A program made the translations under genes and the position numbers. Below are positions 27,132-39,696 of a stretch of DNA of 64,000 bases, piece after piece. Under the pieces are notes generated by a model that was not told the DNA's origin, did not search any database, and worked only from the letters and a program-made list of their open reading frames with translations. This DNA comes from Pseudomonadota bacterium (GTDB taxonomy: Bacteria; Pseudomonadota; Gammaproteobacteria; Burkholderiales; Ferrovaceae): assembly GCA_021796835.1 (NCBI GenBank), contig JAKABO010000006.1:3325-67324 (forward strand). The letters are read 5' to 3'. Positions within the stretch are counted from its first letter, which is position 1, and each line of letters opens with the position of its first letter.

Positions 27132-27883
27132 AACCCCTGCGAACCTTTGGCCTGGCCCTGCAGTTCCTGACGCGCCTGCCCCTGCCCGCCTGTTCTCCCC
27201 CGACTCCCCAGGAGCAGGGACAGTCCCTCCTTTTTTATCCTGCCGTGGGTGCCATCATTGGCGCTCTTTTGGCTGGAATGTGTGCGCTCACTTCTTTCCT
27301 GGGAGTATCCTCCAACTTATCCGGTGCGTTGATCCTGGTTCTTTGGGTCGGACTCACCGGCGCACTGCACCTGGATGGACTGGCCGATTCGGTAGATGCC
27401 TTTGGGGGCGGACGGGGGGATCGGGAGCGCATTCTGGATCTCATGAAAGACCCTCGCTGCGGCACTTTTGCCGTAGTCAGCGTGGTCCTCGTACTACTGG
27501 TCAAGGGCATGGCCCTGATCACGCTGGATGCGCGCATTGCGCCGGGTTTTCTGCTGCTTCCGCCGCTCCTGGGCCGCACCGCCCTGTGCCTGCTGTTCCT
27601 GACCACACCCTACGTCCGCCCCGGCGGGATGGGGGAAGCACTCGCCCAACACATGCCGCGCACCCCGGTCTGGGGGGTCTGCATCATGACCCTGGCCAGC
27701 ATCCTGATCGGCTTTGGACGCCCCGGCCTGGGCGCCATTCTGGTGGCCGGAGTCACCGGTTACTGGTGGCACCAGAAACTCATGGAACGCATCCAGGGCA
27801 CCACCGGAGATACGGCGGGCGCACTGGTCGAACTGGTGGAAAGCGCCACGGTAGTCACTTTGGCTCTGGTAGCGCATAATTAG
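27128..27883 (+). CDS. cobS: Adenosylcobinamide-GDP ribazoletransferase (cobalamin synthase)
   Basis: '[20 protein letters not shown]' is a CobS-type N-terminus, and the protein is polytopic. GTGA overlap with the cobC stop. Confidence 0.85.
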   Translation: MKPLRTFGLALQFLTRLPLPACSPPTPQEQGQSLLFYPAVGAIIGALLAGMCALTSFLGVSSNLSGALILVLWVGLTGALHLDGLADSVDAFGGGRGDRERILDLMKDPRCGTFAVVSVVLVLLVKGMALITLDARIAPGFLLLPPLLGRTALCLLFLTTPYVRPGGMGEALAQHMPRTPVWGVCIMTLASILIGFGRPGLGAILVAGVTGYWWHQKLMERIQGTTGDTAGALVELVESATVVTLALVAHN

Positions 27884-27909
27884 GGCTTTAGGACCGACTT
27901 CACCACACC

Positions 27910-29655
27910 ATGCACCTTCTGCCTGGGACCGCCTCCCTCTATTCCCGCCTGTTACGCCATGTGCGCCCCTACCGTTGGGAATTTTTCAGCGCCGTTGTGG
28001 CCATGATCGTGACTGCGGCCACCGAACCGTTCCTGCCGGCCCTGCTCAAACCCATGCTCGACAAGAGTTTCGTGCACAAGGATCCGCACTGGATGCATTG
28101 GGTGCCGTTCATGTTGATGGGGTTGTTCCTTGTGCGGGGCGTTGCCAATTTTATCGCCAAGTTCGCCATGAACTGGGTCGGCAACAAAGTGGTCATGGAC
28201 CTGCGCCAACACATGTTCGAGCGCCTGCTCCACCTGCCTGCCCGTTATTTCGATGACCACAATACCGGAGAACTGATCTCGAAACTGGTGTACGACGCCA
28301 ATCAGGTCATGCAGGCCAGCACGACCGTGCTGACCAATCTGGTCACGGACAGTTTCGTGGTCGTGGGCCTGATGGGCTGGCTGATTTACCTGAACTGGCA
28401 ACTCACCAGCGTCACCCTGCTGGTGGCCCCGCCCATCGCCTGGGTGGTTCGGAAGGTCAATCTGCGCCTGCGCCACATCAACCGCGACACCATGAACGCC
28501 ATGGGCAACCTCACCAGTGTGCTGGATGAATCGATCCAGTGCCAGAAGGTCATCAAGGTGTTTGGGGGAATCCCCGTCGAAACCGACCGTTTCCATGAAA
28601 CCAGCAATTGGGTGCGGCGCCTGAGCATGAAGCAGGCGGCGGCCAGTGCAGCCAACGTGCCCGTCATCCAGTTCTTTGCCGCCCTGGCCATCGCCCTCAT
28701 CATCGGCATGGCCACCTGGCAGGCAGGGGCCGACCAAACCACGGTGGGCGGATTTGTTTCCTTCATCACGGCCATGATCATGCTGCTGGCCCCCGTCAAG
28801 CGTCTCTCCGATTTGAGCGAATCCCTGCAGCGGGGTCTGGCCGCCGCCGAGAGTGTCTTCGCCCTGATCGATCAGCCCTCCGAAAAGGACGAAGGGACCC
28901 GGGTACTGGAACATGCCCAGGGTCACCTGAGTTTTGAACAGGTATGCTTTGCCTATCCGCGCGGTCATCGTTTGGCTCTCGACTCTTTCAGCCTGGAGAT
29001 ACGGGCCGGTCAAACCGTGGCTCTGGTGGGCGCTTCAGGCAGCGGAAAAAGCACGCTGGCCAGTCTGGTACCCCGCTTTCACAACCCCACGTCGGGACGC
29101 ATCCTCCTGGATGGCTGTCCCATTGCGGACTTAACCCTGGCCAGCCTGCGCAGCAATCTGGCGCTCGTCACCCAGGAAGTGGTCCTGTTCAACGATACCG
29201 TGGCCCACAACATCGGTTACGGCCCCCTGCGCGGAACCCCGCTGGAACGACTGCGCGAAGTGGCCCGCGCGGCCCATGCCCTGGAATTCATTGAACAGTT
29301 GCCCGAGGAATTTCAAACCTTGCTGGGGGAGAACGGGGCACGCCTGTCCGGGGGACAACGCCAGCGCATCGCCATCGCCCGCGCCCTCCTCAAAAATGCC
29401 CCGGTCCTGATTCTGGACGAAGCCACCTCGGCCCTCGACAGCGAATCCGAGCGCGCCGTCCAGGCAGCCCTCGATACCCTGATGGAACAACGCACCACCC
29501 TGGTCATTGCGCACCGCCTTTCCACCATCGAAAAAGCCGATCTCATCGTTGTGCTGGATCAGGGACGCATCGTGGAGCAGGGGACCCATCGGGAACTGAT
29601 GGATCGGGAGGGACATTACGCCCGGTTACAGCACCTGCAGATCATGGATCACTGA
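27910..29655 (+). CDS. msbA: Lipid A export ABC transporter MsbA
   Basis: Six-TM domain plus Walker A 'GASGSGKST', signature 'LSGGQRQR' and Walker B 'ILILDEATS'. Confidence 0.85.
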   Translation: MHLLPGTASLYSRLLRHVRPYRWEFFSAVVAMIVTAATEPFLPALLKPMLDKSFVHKDPHWMHWVPFMLMGLFLVRGVANFIAKFAMNWVGNKVVMDLRQHMFERLLHLPARYFDDHNTGELISKLVYDANQVMQASTTVLTNLVTDSFVVVGLMGWLIYLNWQLTSVTLLVAPPIAWVVRKVNLRLRHINRDTMNAMGNLTSVLDESIQCQKVIKVFGGIPVETDRFHETSNWVRRLSMKQAAASAANVPVIQFFAALAIALIIGMATWQAGADQTTVGGFVSFITAMIMLLAPVKRLSDLSESLQRGLAAAESVFALIDQPSEKDEGTRVLEHAQGHLSFEQVCFAYPRGHRLALDSFSLEIRAGQTVALVGASGSGKSTLASLVPRFHNPTSGRILLDGCPIADLTLASLRSNLALVTQEVVLFNDTVAHNIGYGPLRGTPLERLREVARAAHALEFIEQLPEEFQTLLGENGARLSGGQRQRIAIARALLKNAPVLILDEATSALDSESERAVQAALDTLMEQRTTLVIAHRLSTIEKADLIVVLDQGRIVEQGTHRELMDREGHYARLQHLQIMDH

Positions 29656-30428
29656 TCCCTGGGCAAGGTCCGGCACTCCGGTCGATCCAGGCACCAGAGT
29701 TTGGCATAGCGGTAAAAGGTCGCGTGGGCGTTGGATACGGCCAGCAAAAAGCCCTGCCCCCCATCCAGAAAACTGCGGCGCAGAATGAAGGTCCGAAAAA
29801 ACGCCCAGCATCCATGCCGGAAAGCCTTGCCCAAGGTGGCACGCTGCCCCTTGGCGTGAGCCTGACGGGCGCCCAGCGTCGAATAATGGTTGGCTTTGTC
29901 GAGGGCCTCTTCCAGATCGACATAGGTATCGTGTTCCAGCGGGGCATTCAGGGTTCCGATGGCCCCCCCTTCCGTTCCCACCAGCCGTTCATGAACCCAG
30001 TCCTCAGAAAACCGGGCCTTGCCCCTGCGAAAGAGACGCACCACATGGTCGGGCCACCACCCGCCATGGCGCAGGGCACGCCCGCAATAGCGCGAAGAGC
30101 GGGGCATGCGATACAGATCCAGCGCCTCGGGATTGGCCATGACCGCCCATATCTCCGCCTTCAGCGCAGGGGACACCTGCTCGTCCGCATCCAGTGACAG
30201 CACCCAGTCCCCACCGGCCAGCGCCAGCGCACGATTCTTCTGCGGACCGAAGCCCGGCCAGTCCGCAGCGATCTCCACCCGTGCGCCACGCCGGCGCGCC
30301 AGTTCCACCGTGCCATCCTGGCTTCCCCCATCCAGCACGATCCGTTCGTCTGCCCAGCCAACCGAGTCCAGGCAGGCGCCTAACGCGGCCTCTTCATTTT
30401 TGGCAATGATGATGACAGAAAGTGACAT
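29649..30428 (-). CDS. Family-2 glycosyltransferase (LPS core, WaaE/KdtX-like)
   Basis: 'LSVIIIAKNEE...ERIVLDGGSQDGT...SLDADE'. LPS-core gene context. Confidence 0.7.
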   Translation of the reverse strand: MSLSVIIIAKNEEAALGACLDSVGWADERIVLDGGSQDGTVELARRRGARVEIAADWPGFGPQKNRALALAGGDWVLSLDADEQVSPALKAEIWAVMANPEALDLYRMPRSSRYCGRALRHGGWWPDHVVRLFRRGKARFSEDWVHERLVGTEGGAIGTLNAPLEHDTYVDLEEALDKANHYSTLGARQAHAKGQRATLGKAFRHGCWAFFRTFILRRSFLDGGQGFLLAVSNAHATFYRYAKLWCLDRPECRTLPRDQ

Positions 30429-30489
30429 GGAGGCGAGTGTACTCCACTTCCGACTAGCCGAGCAGGGTCAGGTCCCCTAGAATGGCGGC

Positions 30490-31446
30490 ATGACCGACCT
30501 CCTTCTCATCAAGACCTCTTCCCTGGGCGATGTGGTTCATGCCTTTCCGGCGGTGACGGACATGGCCCGTCATTGCCCCACACTTTCCGTCGACTGGATC
30601 GTGGAAGAATCCTTCGCGGCGTTGCCCCGCCTGCATCCGGCGGTCCGCCGCGTGATTCCCGTGGCCTTGCGGCGCTGGCGTAGCGCTCTTTTCTCACCGG
30701 CGACCCATGCCGAATGGCGTCGATTGAACCAGATCCTGGAGACCCTGAACCATGAGGCCAGTCTGGATCTGCAAGGTCTGGTCAAAAGCGCCCTGGTCGG
30801 CTGGTTCAGCCCCGCCTTGCGAATGGGATACGACCGTCACAGCATTCGCGAACCCCTGGCCAGCCTGTTCTACCAACGCCGCTTCCGGGTTTCCAGAAAC
30901 CTTCATGCCGTGGAGCGCAACCGCACGCTGGCCGGCCTTGCCCTGGGTTACACCCCGGAGAAGGAAGTCACTTACGGCCTGCGTTCCGATCTGGTCCGCC
31001 CGCGCACCCTGGGCACCGAACCCTACGTTCTCTTTCTGCACGGCACCAGCCGGCGCGACAAGGAATGGCCGGAAGCCCATTGGGTCGCCCTGGGCCAGCA
31101 TCTCTCTGCCCGGGGATTGACCGTCCTGCTCCCGGGCGGCAACGAACGGGAACACCAACGCGCCCAACGTCTGGCAAATCAAATCGTGGGCGCACAGGCC
31201 CTGGCGATGCTCGATCTGACTACCCTGGCCGGTCTGTTGGCCCATGCCCAGGCTGTGGTGGGCGTGGATACGGGCCTCTCCCATCTGGCCACCGCGCTCC
31301 AGCGGCCAGTCGTGGCCCTGTACACCGCCACCGACCCGCGGGCCACGGGCGTGTTCGGCAGTGCGCTGGCCACGAATCTGGGCGGAATGGGTCAGTGCCC
31401 GGACGTACCGGAGGTCCTGTCTGCCCTGGAGAGGTGGCTTCCGTGA
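30490..31446 (+). CDS. waaC: ADP-heptose:LPS heptosyltransferase I
   Basis: 'LLIKTSSLGDVVHAFPAVTD' GT9 N-terminus. Adjacent to waaA. Confidence 0.8.
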   Translation: MTDLLLIKTSSLGDVVHAFPAVTDMARHCPTLSVDWIVEESFAALPRLHPAVRRVIPVALRRWRSALFSPATHAEWRRLNQILETLNHEASLDLQGLVKSALVGWFSPALRMGYDRHSIREPLASLFYQRRFRVSRNLHAVERNRTLAGLALGYTPEKEVTYGLRSDLVRPRTLGTEPYVLFLHGTSRRDKEWPEAHWVALGQHLSARGLTVLLPGGNEREHQRAQRLANQIVGAQALAMLDLTTLAGLLAHAQAVVGVDTGLSHLATALQRPVVALYTATDPRATGVFGSALATNLGGMGQCPDVPEVLSALERWLP

Positions 31447-32699
31447 ATTTGTTCTGGTACACCCAGTTGACCCGCCTGCTCCTGCCCCTGTTTTTTCTCC
31501 GTCTCTGGTGGCGCGGTCGACAACAGCCCGGTTACCGCCTCCATTGGCCCGAGCGCCTCGGTCACTACCCCGGCCCCCCCGAATCCCGCCCCCTGATCTG
31601 GCTCCACGCCGTCTCGGTCGGGGAGACCCGTGCGGCCTTGCCGCTGCTTCGATCCCTGGCCGATCGATACCCGGACCACGCCCTCCTGTTAACCCATACC
31701 ACGCCCACCGGGCGGGAAACGGCGCTCGATGAAGCCACTTCGGGAATTCGACGCGTCTATCTGCCCTACGACCTGCCGGGCGCCGTGGGGCGTTTTCTGG
31801 AAACCTTCAAACCTACCCTGGGTTTTCTTCTGGAAACGGAACTCTGGCCCCGCCTGATCCATGAATGCCAGCGCCGTCATATTCCCCTGGTTCTGGCCAA
31901 CGCCCGACTGTCGGAACGTTCGGCACGGCGTTATGCCCTTTTCCCGACCCTGACGCGCACCCTCCTCGGTCAACTATCGCTCGTCGCAGCCCAGTCGCCT
32001 GCCGATGCCCAGCGCTTTGAAGCCCTGGGCGCCGCTCAGGTCAAACTCATGGGTAACCTCAAGTTCGATGCCCCCCTGCCTTGCGCGCATCATGCGAGTT
32101 TTCAACAACTCCAGCAGATGGTCGGAGAAAACCGGACCGTCTGGGTCGCGGCCAGCACCCGTGAGGGGGAAGAAATCCTCCTGCTGAAATATCTGGGTTC
32201 CCTGCTCACTCCGCCCCATCTGCTGGTGCTGGTTCCCCGACATCCGCAACGGTTCGACTCGGTGGCCGCCTTGCTGGAGGCGAATCACATCCCCTACCAG
32301 CGGCGCTCGGCGCAACGCCCCCTCTCTGCCGGAACCACGGTTCTCCTGGGGGACAGCATGGGCGAAATGTATGCCTGGTATCGTCTGGCCCAATATGCGC
32401 TCATGGGCGGTACCCTGCTCCCCCTGGGGGGACAGAATCTCCTCGAAGCCCTCAGCGTCGGGTGCCCCGTCCTGCTGGGTCCGCACACGTTCAACTTCGC
32501 CGAGGCCAGCGCCGCTGCCGTGGCGTGCGGTGCTGCCCGGCAATTTTCCGATCTGGAGGAATTGCCGGGGCTGGTCAGCGCATTCCTTGCGAACCCGGCG
32601 CTTTGCCGCACCATGGGCGAACGGGGACGGTCCTTCGTCGAGCGGCACCGAGGGGCCACCGCCACCCTGCTCGACCTGGTTCGCGAGTTAGTGCATTGA
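31443..32699 (+). CDS. waaA: 3-deoxy-D-manno-octulosonic acid (Kdo) transferase
   Basis: 'LHWPERLGHYPG...IWLHAVSVGETRAA' KdtA signature. GTG start overlaps the waaC stop (GTGA). Confidence 0.85.
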   Translation: MNLFWYTQLTRLLLPLFFLRLWWRGRQQPGYRLHWPERLGHYPGPPESRPLIWLHAVSVGETRAALPLLRSLADRYPDHALLLTHTTPTGRETALDEATSGIRRVYLPYDLPGAVGRFLETFKPTLGFLLETELWPRLIHECQRRHIPLVLANARLSERSARRYALFPTLTRTLLGQLSLVAAQSPADAQRFEALGAAQVKLMGNLKFDAPLPCAHHASFQQLQQMVGENRTVWVAASTREGEEILLLKYLGSLLTPPHLLVLVPRHPQRFDSVAALLEANHIPYQRRSAQRPLSAGTTVLLGDSMGEMYAWYRLAQYALMGGTLLPLGGQNLLEALSVGCPVLLGPHTFNFAEASAAAVACGAARQFSDLEELPGLVSAFLANPALCRTMGERGRSFVERHRGATATLLDLVRELVH

Positions 32700-33224
32700 C
32701 TGCAAACGATGCAGATCCGCAATGACTTCCTTGGGATTCTCTCCGGCATCCACATTCACATAAACTTTGGCGATACGACCGGCGGGATCGATGATGAAGG
32801 TATTGCGACGCGCCAATTTGTAGCCCAGGAGGGTCCGTTCCGATCCGTAACTTCTTGCCACCGTGCCTTCCTTATCGGCCAATAACGGGAACGGAAGATG
32901 GTGTTTGTCCGCAAATTCGGCGTGACTGCTGGCGTCGTCGATACTCACGCCCACCACGGCAGCCCCCAGATTCTGGATTTCATGGATGTCGTCACGGTAG
33001 GCACAGGCCTCCGTCGTACACCCTGGCGTCTCGTCCTTCGGGTAAAAATAGAGGACCAGCCACTTTCCCTGGTAATCGGACAATTTTTGCAGGGTCCCAT
33101 TCTGATCCATCACGCTGAATTCGGGCGCCTTCTGCCCCACACGGGGCGGTTCCGAGGCGTTGGCCGAACGCATGACCCACAGGACCAGGATCCCCAGCAC
33201 GAGAAGTGCCGTCATGACTTTCAT
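32688..33224 (-). CDS. bcp: Thiol peroxidase/peroxiredoxin (Bcp-type) with signal peptide
   Basis: 'YFYPKDETPGCTTEACAYRD' peroxidatic Cys motif. Start at MKVMTALLV with SD GGAGGG. Confidence 0.8.
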   Translation of the reverse strand: MKVMTALLVLGILVLWVMRSANASEPPRVGQKAPEFSVMDQNGTLQKLSDYQGKWLVLYFYPKDETPGCTTEACAYRDDIHEIQNLGAAVVGVSIDDASSHAEFADKHHLPFPLLADKEGTVARSYGSERTLLGYKLARRNTFIIDPAGRIAKVYVNVDAGENPKEVIADLHRLQSMH

Positions 33225-33416
33225 AAGCGCCCTCCACCCCTTCCGGATTCCATCGATACAGCGTGGACCCCGGGCCTGGACAGGAGTTCCTGAAAACGCC
33301 TTCGATTCCAGTGATTTTCCCGCCGCCGCGCCAGCAACCAACAACGACCCCCCTCACTGATTTTGCTACAATGGAAGATTGACAGAATAATGTTCCATCC
33401 CTCCCGGAGGCACGCA

Positions 33417-34070
33417 ATGAATCTCGAACAGGCTCGCTTCAACATGGTCGAACAACAGATCCGCCCCTGGGAGGTCCTGAATATCGAAGTACTCGACCTG
33501 CTCTATCAGGTCCGCCGCGAGGAGTTCGTCCCTGCCGCCCATCGGGAACTGGCTTTCGTCGACATGGAAATACCCCTGGATCACGGCGAATTCATGCTGT
33601 CACCCAAATTGGAAGCCCGCCTGATCCAGGAATTGCGTCTCAAGAAATCAGACCGCGTCCTTCACGTGGGAACGGGCAGCGGATACGTGGCCGCCTTGCT
33701 GGGCAAACGCGCCGCCACCGTCACCTCGGTGGAAATTCACCCAACGCTGGCCATGCAGGCTCGCCAACGCCTGCAAAACGCCGGAATTCACAACGTCACC
33801 GTGGAAGTGGGCGACGCCGCCCAGGGCTGGCGTTCTGGATCCGTCTGGGACACCATCCTGCTCACCGGCTCCGTCCCGTACCTGCCACCGGCATTTCTCG
33901 ACGCATTGGCCGCCGGAGGATGCGCCCTTGCCATCACCGGCCACGCCCCCGTCATGACCGTACGACGCTGGATGCGCCTGCCGGATGGAACACTGCGGGA
34001 GGAATCGCTTTTTGAAACCTGGGTTCCCCCCCTTCACCACGCGGCACAGCCCCCCCTCTTTGAATTTTGA
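33417..34070 (+). CDS. Protein-L-isoaspartate O-methyltransferase family protein
   Basis: 'VLHVGTGSGYVAALL' SAM motif and PCMT-like layout. SD GGAGG lies upstream of ATG 33417. Confidence 0.7.
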   Translation: MNLEQARFNMVEQQIRPWEVLNIEVLDLLYQVRREEFVPAAHRELAFVDMEIPLDHGEFMLSPKLEARLIQELRLKKSDRVLHVGTGSGYVAALLGKRAATVTSVEIHPTLAMQARQRLQNAGIHNVTVEVGDAAQGWRSGSVWDTILLTGSVPYLPPAFLDALAAGGCALAITGHAPVMTVRRWMRLPDGTLREESLFETWVPPLHHAAQPPLFEF

Positions 34071-34649
34071 ATGATGAACAAAGCCTTTGTGCGTGAGGCG
34101 GAGAATGAGGCGGAGGAAGACCTTTCCGCTCCAGATGCGGACCTCCCGCCCCACACGCCCAATTACCTGACTCCTCGAGGACATGCCCGGCTGGCCGCCG
34201 AACTGGATCACCTGTTGCGCGTGGAGCGTCCGCAAGTCGTGGAAACCGTGGCCTGGGCGGCATCCAACGGCGATCGTTCGGAAAACGGGGATTATATCTA
34301 CGGGAAACGGCGCCTGCGCGAGATCGACCGACGCCTGCGCTTTCTCACCAAACGACTGGAAATCGCCCAGGTCGTCGATCCTACCCTGCAATCCGGAAAT
34401 GATCAGATTTTTTTCGGGGCACAGGTGACCGTGGAAGAAGGCGATCAAACCCACGTCTATACCATCGTCGGTCGGGATGAAACTGATCCCGGATGCGGTC
34501 ACATCAGCTGGATTTCACCCCTGGCCCGCGCCCTGCTCAAACAGCGTGCCGGCGACACGGTCCGTTTCCTGAGTCCGGCAGGACCGCGCACCCTCGACAT
34601 CGTCGACGTTCAATACTTTCCTCTGGACCCACCCCCAACCACCCCTTGA
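34071..34649 (+). CDS. greB: Transcription elongation factor GreB
   Basis: 'NYLTPRGHARLAAELDHL...SNGDRSENGDYIYGKRRLREIDRR' Gre-family coiled coil plus C-terminal domain. Confidence 0.8.
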   Translation: MMNKAFVREAENEAEEDLSAPDADLPPHTPNYLTPRGHARLAAELDHLLRVERPQVVETVAWAASNGDRSENGDYIYGKRRLREIDRRLRFLTKRLEIAQVVDPTLQSGNDQIFFGAQVTVEEGDQTHVYTIVGRDETDPGCGHISWISPLARALLKQRAGDTVRFLSPAGPRTLDIVDVQYFPLDPPPTTP

Positions 34650-36629
<1,980 letters not shown>

Positions 36630-36632
36630 CCC

Positions 36633-37454
36633 ATGGATGTCCTGTTACTGATCAAGGCGGCCATTCTGGGCGTGGTGGAAGGTCTGACGGAATTCCTGCC
36701 GGTTTCCAGCACCGGGCACCTGATACTGGTCGGCAGTCTGTTGCACTTCAATGACGAAAAGGGCAAGGTTTTTGAAATCGTCATCCAGTTTGCCGCCATC
36801 CTGGCCATTTGCTGGGAGTACCGGGCACGGATCCGGCGTGTGGTCGCGGGATTGCCCGGGGATCCTGCGGCCCGACGCTTTACCCTCAACCTGCTGCTGG
36901 CCTTTCTTCCCGCCGCAGTTTTGGGCCTGTTGTTCGCCAAATCCATCAAGGCGCACCTGTTCGCTCCCTTGCCCGTCGCACTGGCCTTCATTCTGGGTGC
37001 CTTTGTCATTTTCTGGGTGGAACGCCGTCATCGGCCGATACGCATCACCACGGTGGACGACATGGACTGGCGGATTGCCCTCAAGATCGGACTTTGTCAG
37101 TCCTTTGCCCTGATCCCCGGCACTTCCCGTTCCGGGGCCACCATCATGGGCGGACTATTCCTCGGGCTGTCCCGCACGGCCGCCACGGAGTTTTCCTTTT
37201 TTCTCGCCATTCCCACCCTGAGCGCGGCCACCGTGTACGAACTGGTCAAATATCGCCATCTTTTTCATGCCAGTGATCTGGGCATATTTCTGGTCGGAAG
37301 TTTGTTCTCCTTCCTGTTTGCCTTCATGACCGTGCGCGCCCTGCTCCGGTTCGTCAGCCAGCATGATTTCACCGGTTTTGCCTATTACCGGATCCTGTTT
37401 GGCCTGCTCATCCTGCTCACCCATGCCTTTGGTTGGGTACAGTGGACCGATTAG
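36633..37454 (+). CDS. uppP: Undecaprenyl-diphosphate phosphatase
   Basis: Contains '[18 protein letters not shown]' and '[10 protein letters not shown]', the BacA signatures. Confidence 0.95.
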   Translation: MDVLLLIKAAILGVVEGLTEFLPVSSTGHLILVGSLLHFNDEKGKVFEIVIQFAAILAICWEYRARIRRVVAGLPGDPAARRFTLNLLLAFLPAAVLGLLFAKSIKAHLFAPLPVALAFILGAFVIFWVERRHRPIRITTVDDMDWRIALKIGLCQSFALIPGTSRSGATIMGGLFLGLSRTAATEFSFFLAIPTLSAATVYELVKYRHLFHASDLGIFLVGSLFSFLFAFMTVRALLRFVSQHDFTGFAYYRILFGLLILLTHAFGWVQWTD

Positions 37455-39454
37455 CACTCCCAGGGGTCGACTTCAAGCACCCAGTGGAGGTTTCGCCCCG
37501 AACGCAAGGCACGCAACGTCTCCACCCAACTGGCCAGAAAAGCCTGCAGATAAGCACGGTGCGCGCCCTGAACGAGTAATTGCCAACGGTGGAAGCCGGC
37601 CTTGCGCGCCAGAGGAGAGGGAACCGGATCAAAAATGCTGATCCCATCTCCGCCACGCGCCAGGGCTTCCTGCCGCGCCTCCTCCAGAAAGGCGGTGACT
37701 TTGGCCACGTCCCGTGCTTCGGCCCGGAGGACGGCCAGATAATGGAAAGGCGGCCATCCCATCTGACGCCGCAGAGCCAGTTCCTGGTCCAGAAAGTTTT
37801 CCGTGTCGTGCTGCATCAGCGCCAACAGCACAGGATGCCCGGGATAATCCGTTTCAATCCACACCTGCCCGGGCTTTTCTGCCCGTCCGGCCCGTCCGGC
37901 CACCTGGAGAAGTTGCGCGTACAGCCGTTCGGAGGCGCGAAAATCGCTGCTGAAGAGCGATTGGTCGGCATTCAGCACCACCACCAGGGACAAATCGGGA
38001 AAATCATGGCCCTTCACCAGTAACTGGGTCCCCACCAGAATATCCACCTGATGCCCCAGAATCTGTTCCCGCGCCTTTTCCCAGCTGCCCTTGAGGGCCA
38101 GGCTGTCGCTGTCCAGACGCAGGAGACGCGCGGACGGGCAATAGTTGCGCAAACGTTCTTCCACCTGCTGGGTTCCTTCTCCCCGGGTTTCCATGTGAAC
38201 ATTCCCACAGGACGGACAAGCCTCGTTCAGAACCTGCGTCAGACCGCAGTGATGGCAGCGCAATTGGCGCGACCGCCGGTGTACCACCAGGCGCACACTG
38301 CACCGTGGACAGGCCGCCTGCCAGCCGCAGTTGGGGCAATGCAGGACCGGAGCATAGCCGCGCCGGTTGATGAACACCAGAACCTGCTCCCCACGGTCCA
38401 GGGTTTCCTGCAACGCTGTCGCCCAGTAGGGGGGTCCCTCTTTGGTCGTGGGCGCCAGGGTCAATTGGGGCAGGCAGGCACCGGGTACGGCCCGCTCTCT
38501 CAAATGGTGCAGTTGATAGCGTCCGGTACGGGCGTTGTGCCAACTTTCCAGGGTGGGCGTTGCGGACCCCAGAATGATCGGAAAATCGCCCTGGCGAGCA
38601 CGGACGATGGCCATGTCCCGGGCAGAATAACGCAGCCCCTCCTGCTGTTTGAAGGAGGCCTCATGCTCTTCGTCCACCACGATCAATCCCAACTCGGGCA
38701 GAGGCGTAAAAACCGCCAGGCGCGTGCCCAATACCAGACGCGCGGTGCCCGCCTGGGCCGTCAACCAGCGCCGTGCCCGTTCCTTCTCGCTGACTCCACT
38801 GTGCAGACTGACCCAGTTCAGGGCGGGCCAGCGGCGCGCCAGACGCTGTTCCAGCTGAGGTGTCAGGTTGATTTCCGGCACCAGCAGGAGAACCTGTCGT
38901 CCGCGCCCCAATACCTGTTCGATCAGAGAAAAATATACTTCGGTCTTGCCGCTCCCGGTCACCCCATAAACCAGGTGCACGGCAAAGTTCGGCTGGCGGA
39001 GAATCGCCTGCACCACCGTCCGTTGAGCCTCGTTGAGCGGCGGCACCGAACCCTGGGGGGGAGATTTCGGGGCCTGGCGGATTCGGCGCGGGGGCAACCA
39101 GCCGCCAACCCGACGCAGGGCAGGCGGCAGCATGGTCAGCACCGTCTGACCCAACGGGTAGTGATAATAGGCGCTGCAGAATTCCAGCAACCGCCAGTCA
39201 CGAGCCTCCAGAGGCGGGACGTCCCGCCAGATCTCCAGGACTTCCCTGATTTTATCCGGAGGATAAGTGGAGGCGTGTTTGAGGGCTCGAATCACCCCCA
39301 CTTTTTGGCCAGTACCCCACGGAACCCTGACCCGCCGCCCCACATCCTCCTCTGTCGCCAGGGCGGCACGATAATCAAATCCGTGCGGCAAAGGCAGATC
39401 GAGCAGGACTTCGACGATCACGGGGCCCTGGAGATCCATGAATGAGCAGAACAA
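37451..39454 (-). CDS. priA: Primosomal replication restart helicase PriA
   Basis: Walker A '[11 protein letters not shown]', 'VVDEEHE' and the Cys-rich Zn motif 'CPNCGW..CPRC...CHHCG'. Start may be ATG 39439. Confidence 0.9.
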   Translation of the reverse strand: MFCSFMDLQGPVIVEVLLDLPLPHGFDYRAALATEEDVGRRVRVPWGTGQKVGVIRALKHASTYPPDKIREVLEIWRDVPPLEARDWRLLEFCSAYYHYPLGQTVLTMLPPALRRVGGWLPPRRIRQAPKSPPQGSVPPLNEAQRTVVQAILRQPNFAVHLVYGVTGSGKTEVYFSLIEQVLGRGRQVLLLVPEINLTPQLEQRLARRWPALNWVSLHSGVSEKERARRWLTAQAGTARLVLGTRLAVFTPLPELGLIVVDEEHEASFKQQEGLRYSARDMAIVRARQGDFPIILGSATPTLESWHNARTGRYQLHHLRERAVPGACLPQLTLAPTTKEGPPYWATALQETLDRGEQVLVFINRRGYAPVLHCPNCGWQAACPRCSVRLVVHRRSRQLRCHHCGLTQVLNEACPSCGNVHMETRGEGTQQVEERLRNYCPSARLLRLDSDSLALKGSWEKAREQILGHQVDILVGTQLLVKGHDFPDLSLVVVLNADQSLFSSDFRASERLYAQLLQVAGRAGRAEKPGQVWIETDYPGHPVLLALMQHDTENFLDQELALRRQMGWPPFHYLAVLRAEARDVAKVTAFLEEARQEALARGGDGISIFDPVPSPLARKAGFHRWQLLVQGAHRAYLQAFLASWVETLRALRSGRNLHWVLEVDPWEC

Positions 39455-39658
39455 GTGCAGGGCATCTGTGGATAACTTTGTTTATAAGTTGAGGGTTTGA
39501 TACTTGTCAAGATTTTAAATCCGCCAGAACCCCCCTGACAAAACCCGGACAAACTACGATTTATACAAACAAATCATTATGTTAACTTATGTTTATCAAG
39601 AATCCCCGCAATTCGTTGGGATTCTTGTCCATCGACCTCGTTCTGTGCATAACGCTGG

Positions 39659-39689
39659 GGAAAAAACCATGAACAATCCGGTTTTTTCC
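39659..39689 (-). terminator. Hairpin downstream of hemE (candidate terminator)
   Basis: GGAAAAAACC-11 nt-GGTTTTTTCC, a perfect 10-bp stem whose 3' arm carries the T-run. Confidence 0.35.
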
Positions 39690-39696
39690 TTATTTG

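Noticed and set aside
29649-29655. Convergent 7-nt overlap of msbA and the GT2 gene, and the 17-nt convergent overlap of hemB/engB at 51976-51992
   Set aside because: Short convergent overlaps are common in compact high-GC genomes. No additional structure was seen.
39455-39696. Calling this spacer the chromosomal origin (oriC)
   Set aside because: I saw only two good DnaA boxes and no clear 13-mer/DUE array. The atp-glmU synteny suggests the origin lies beyond the right end of the window. It is kept only as a low-interest finding.
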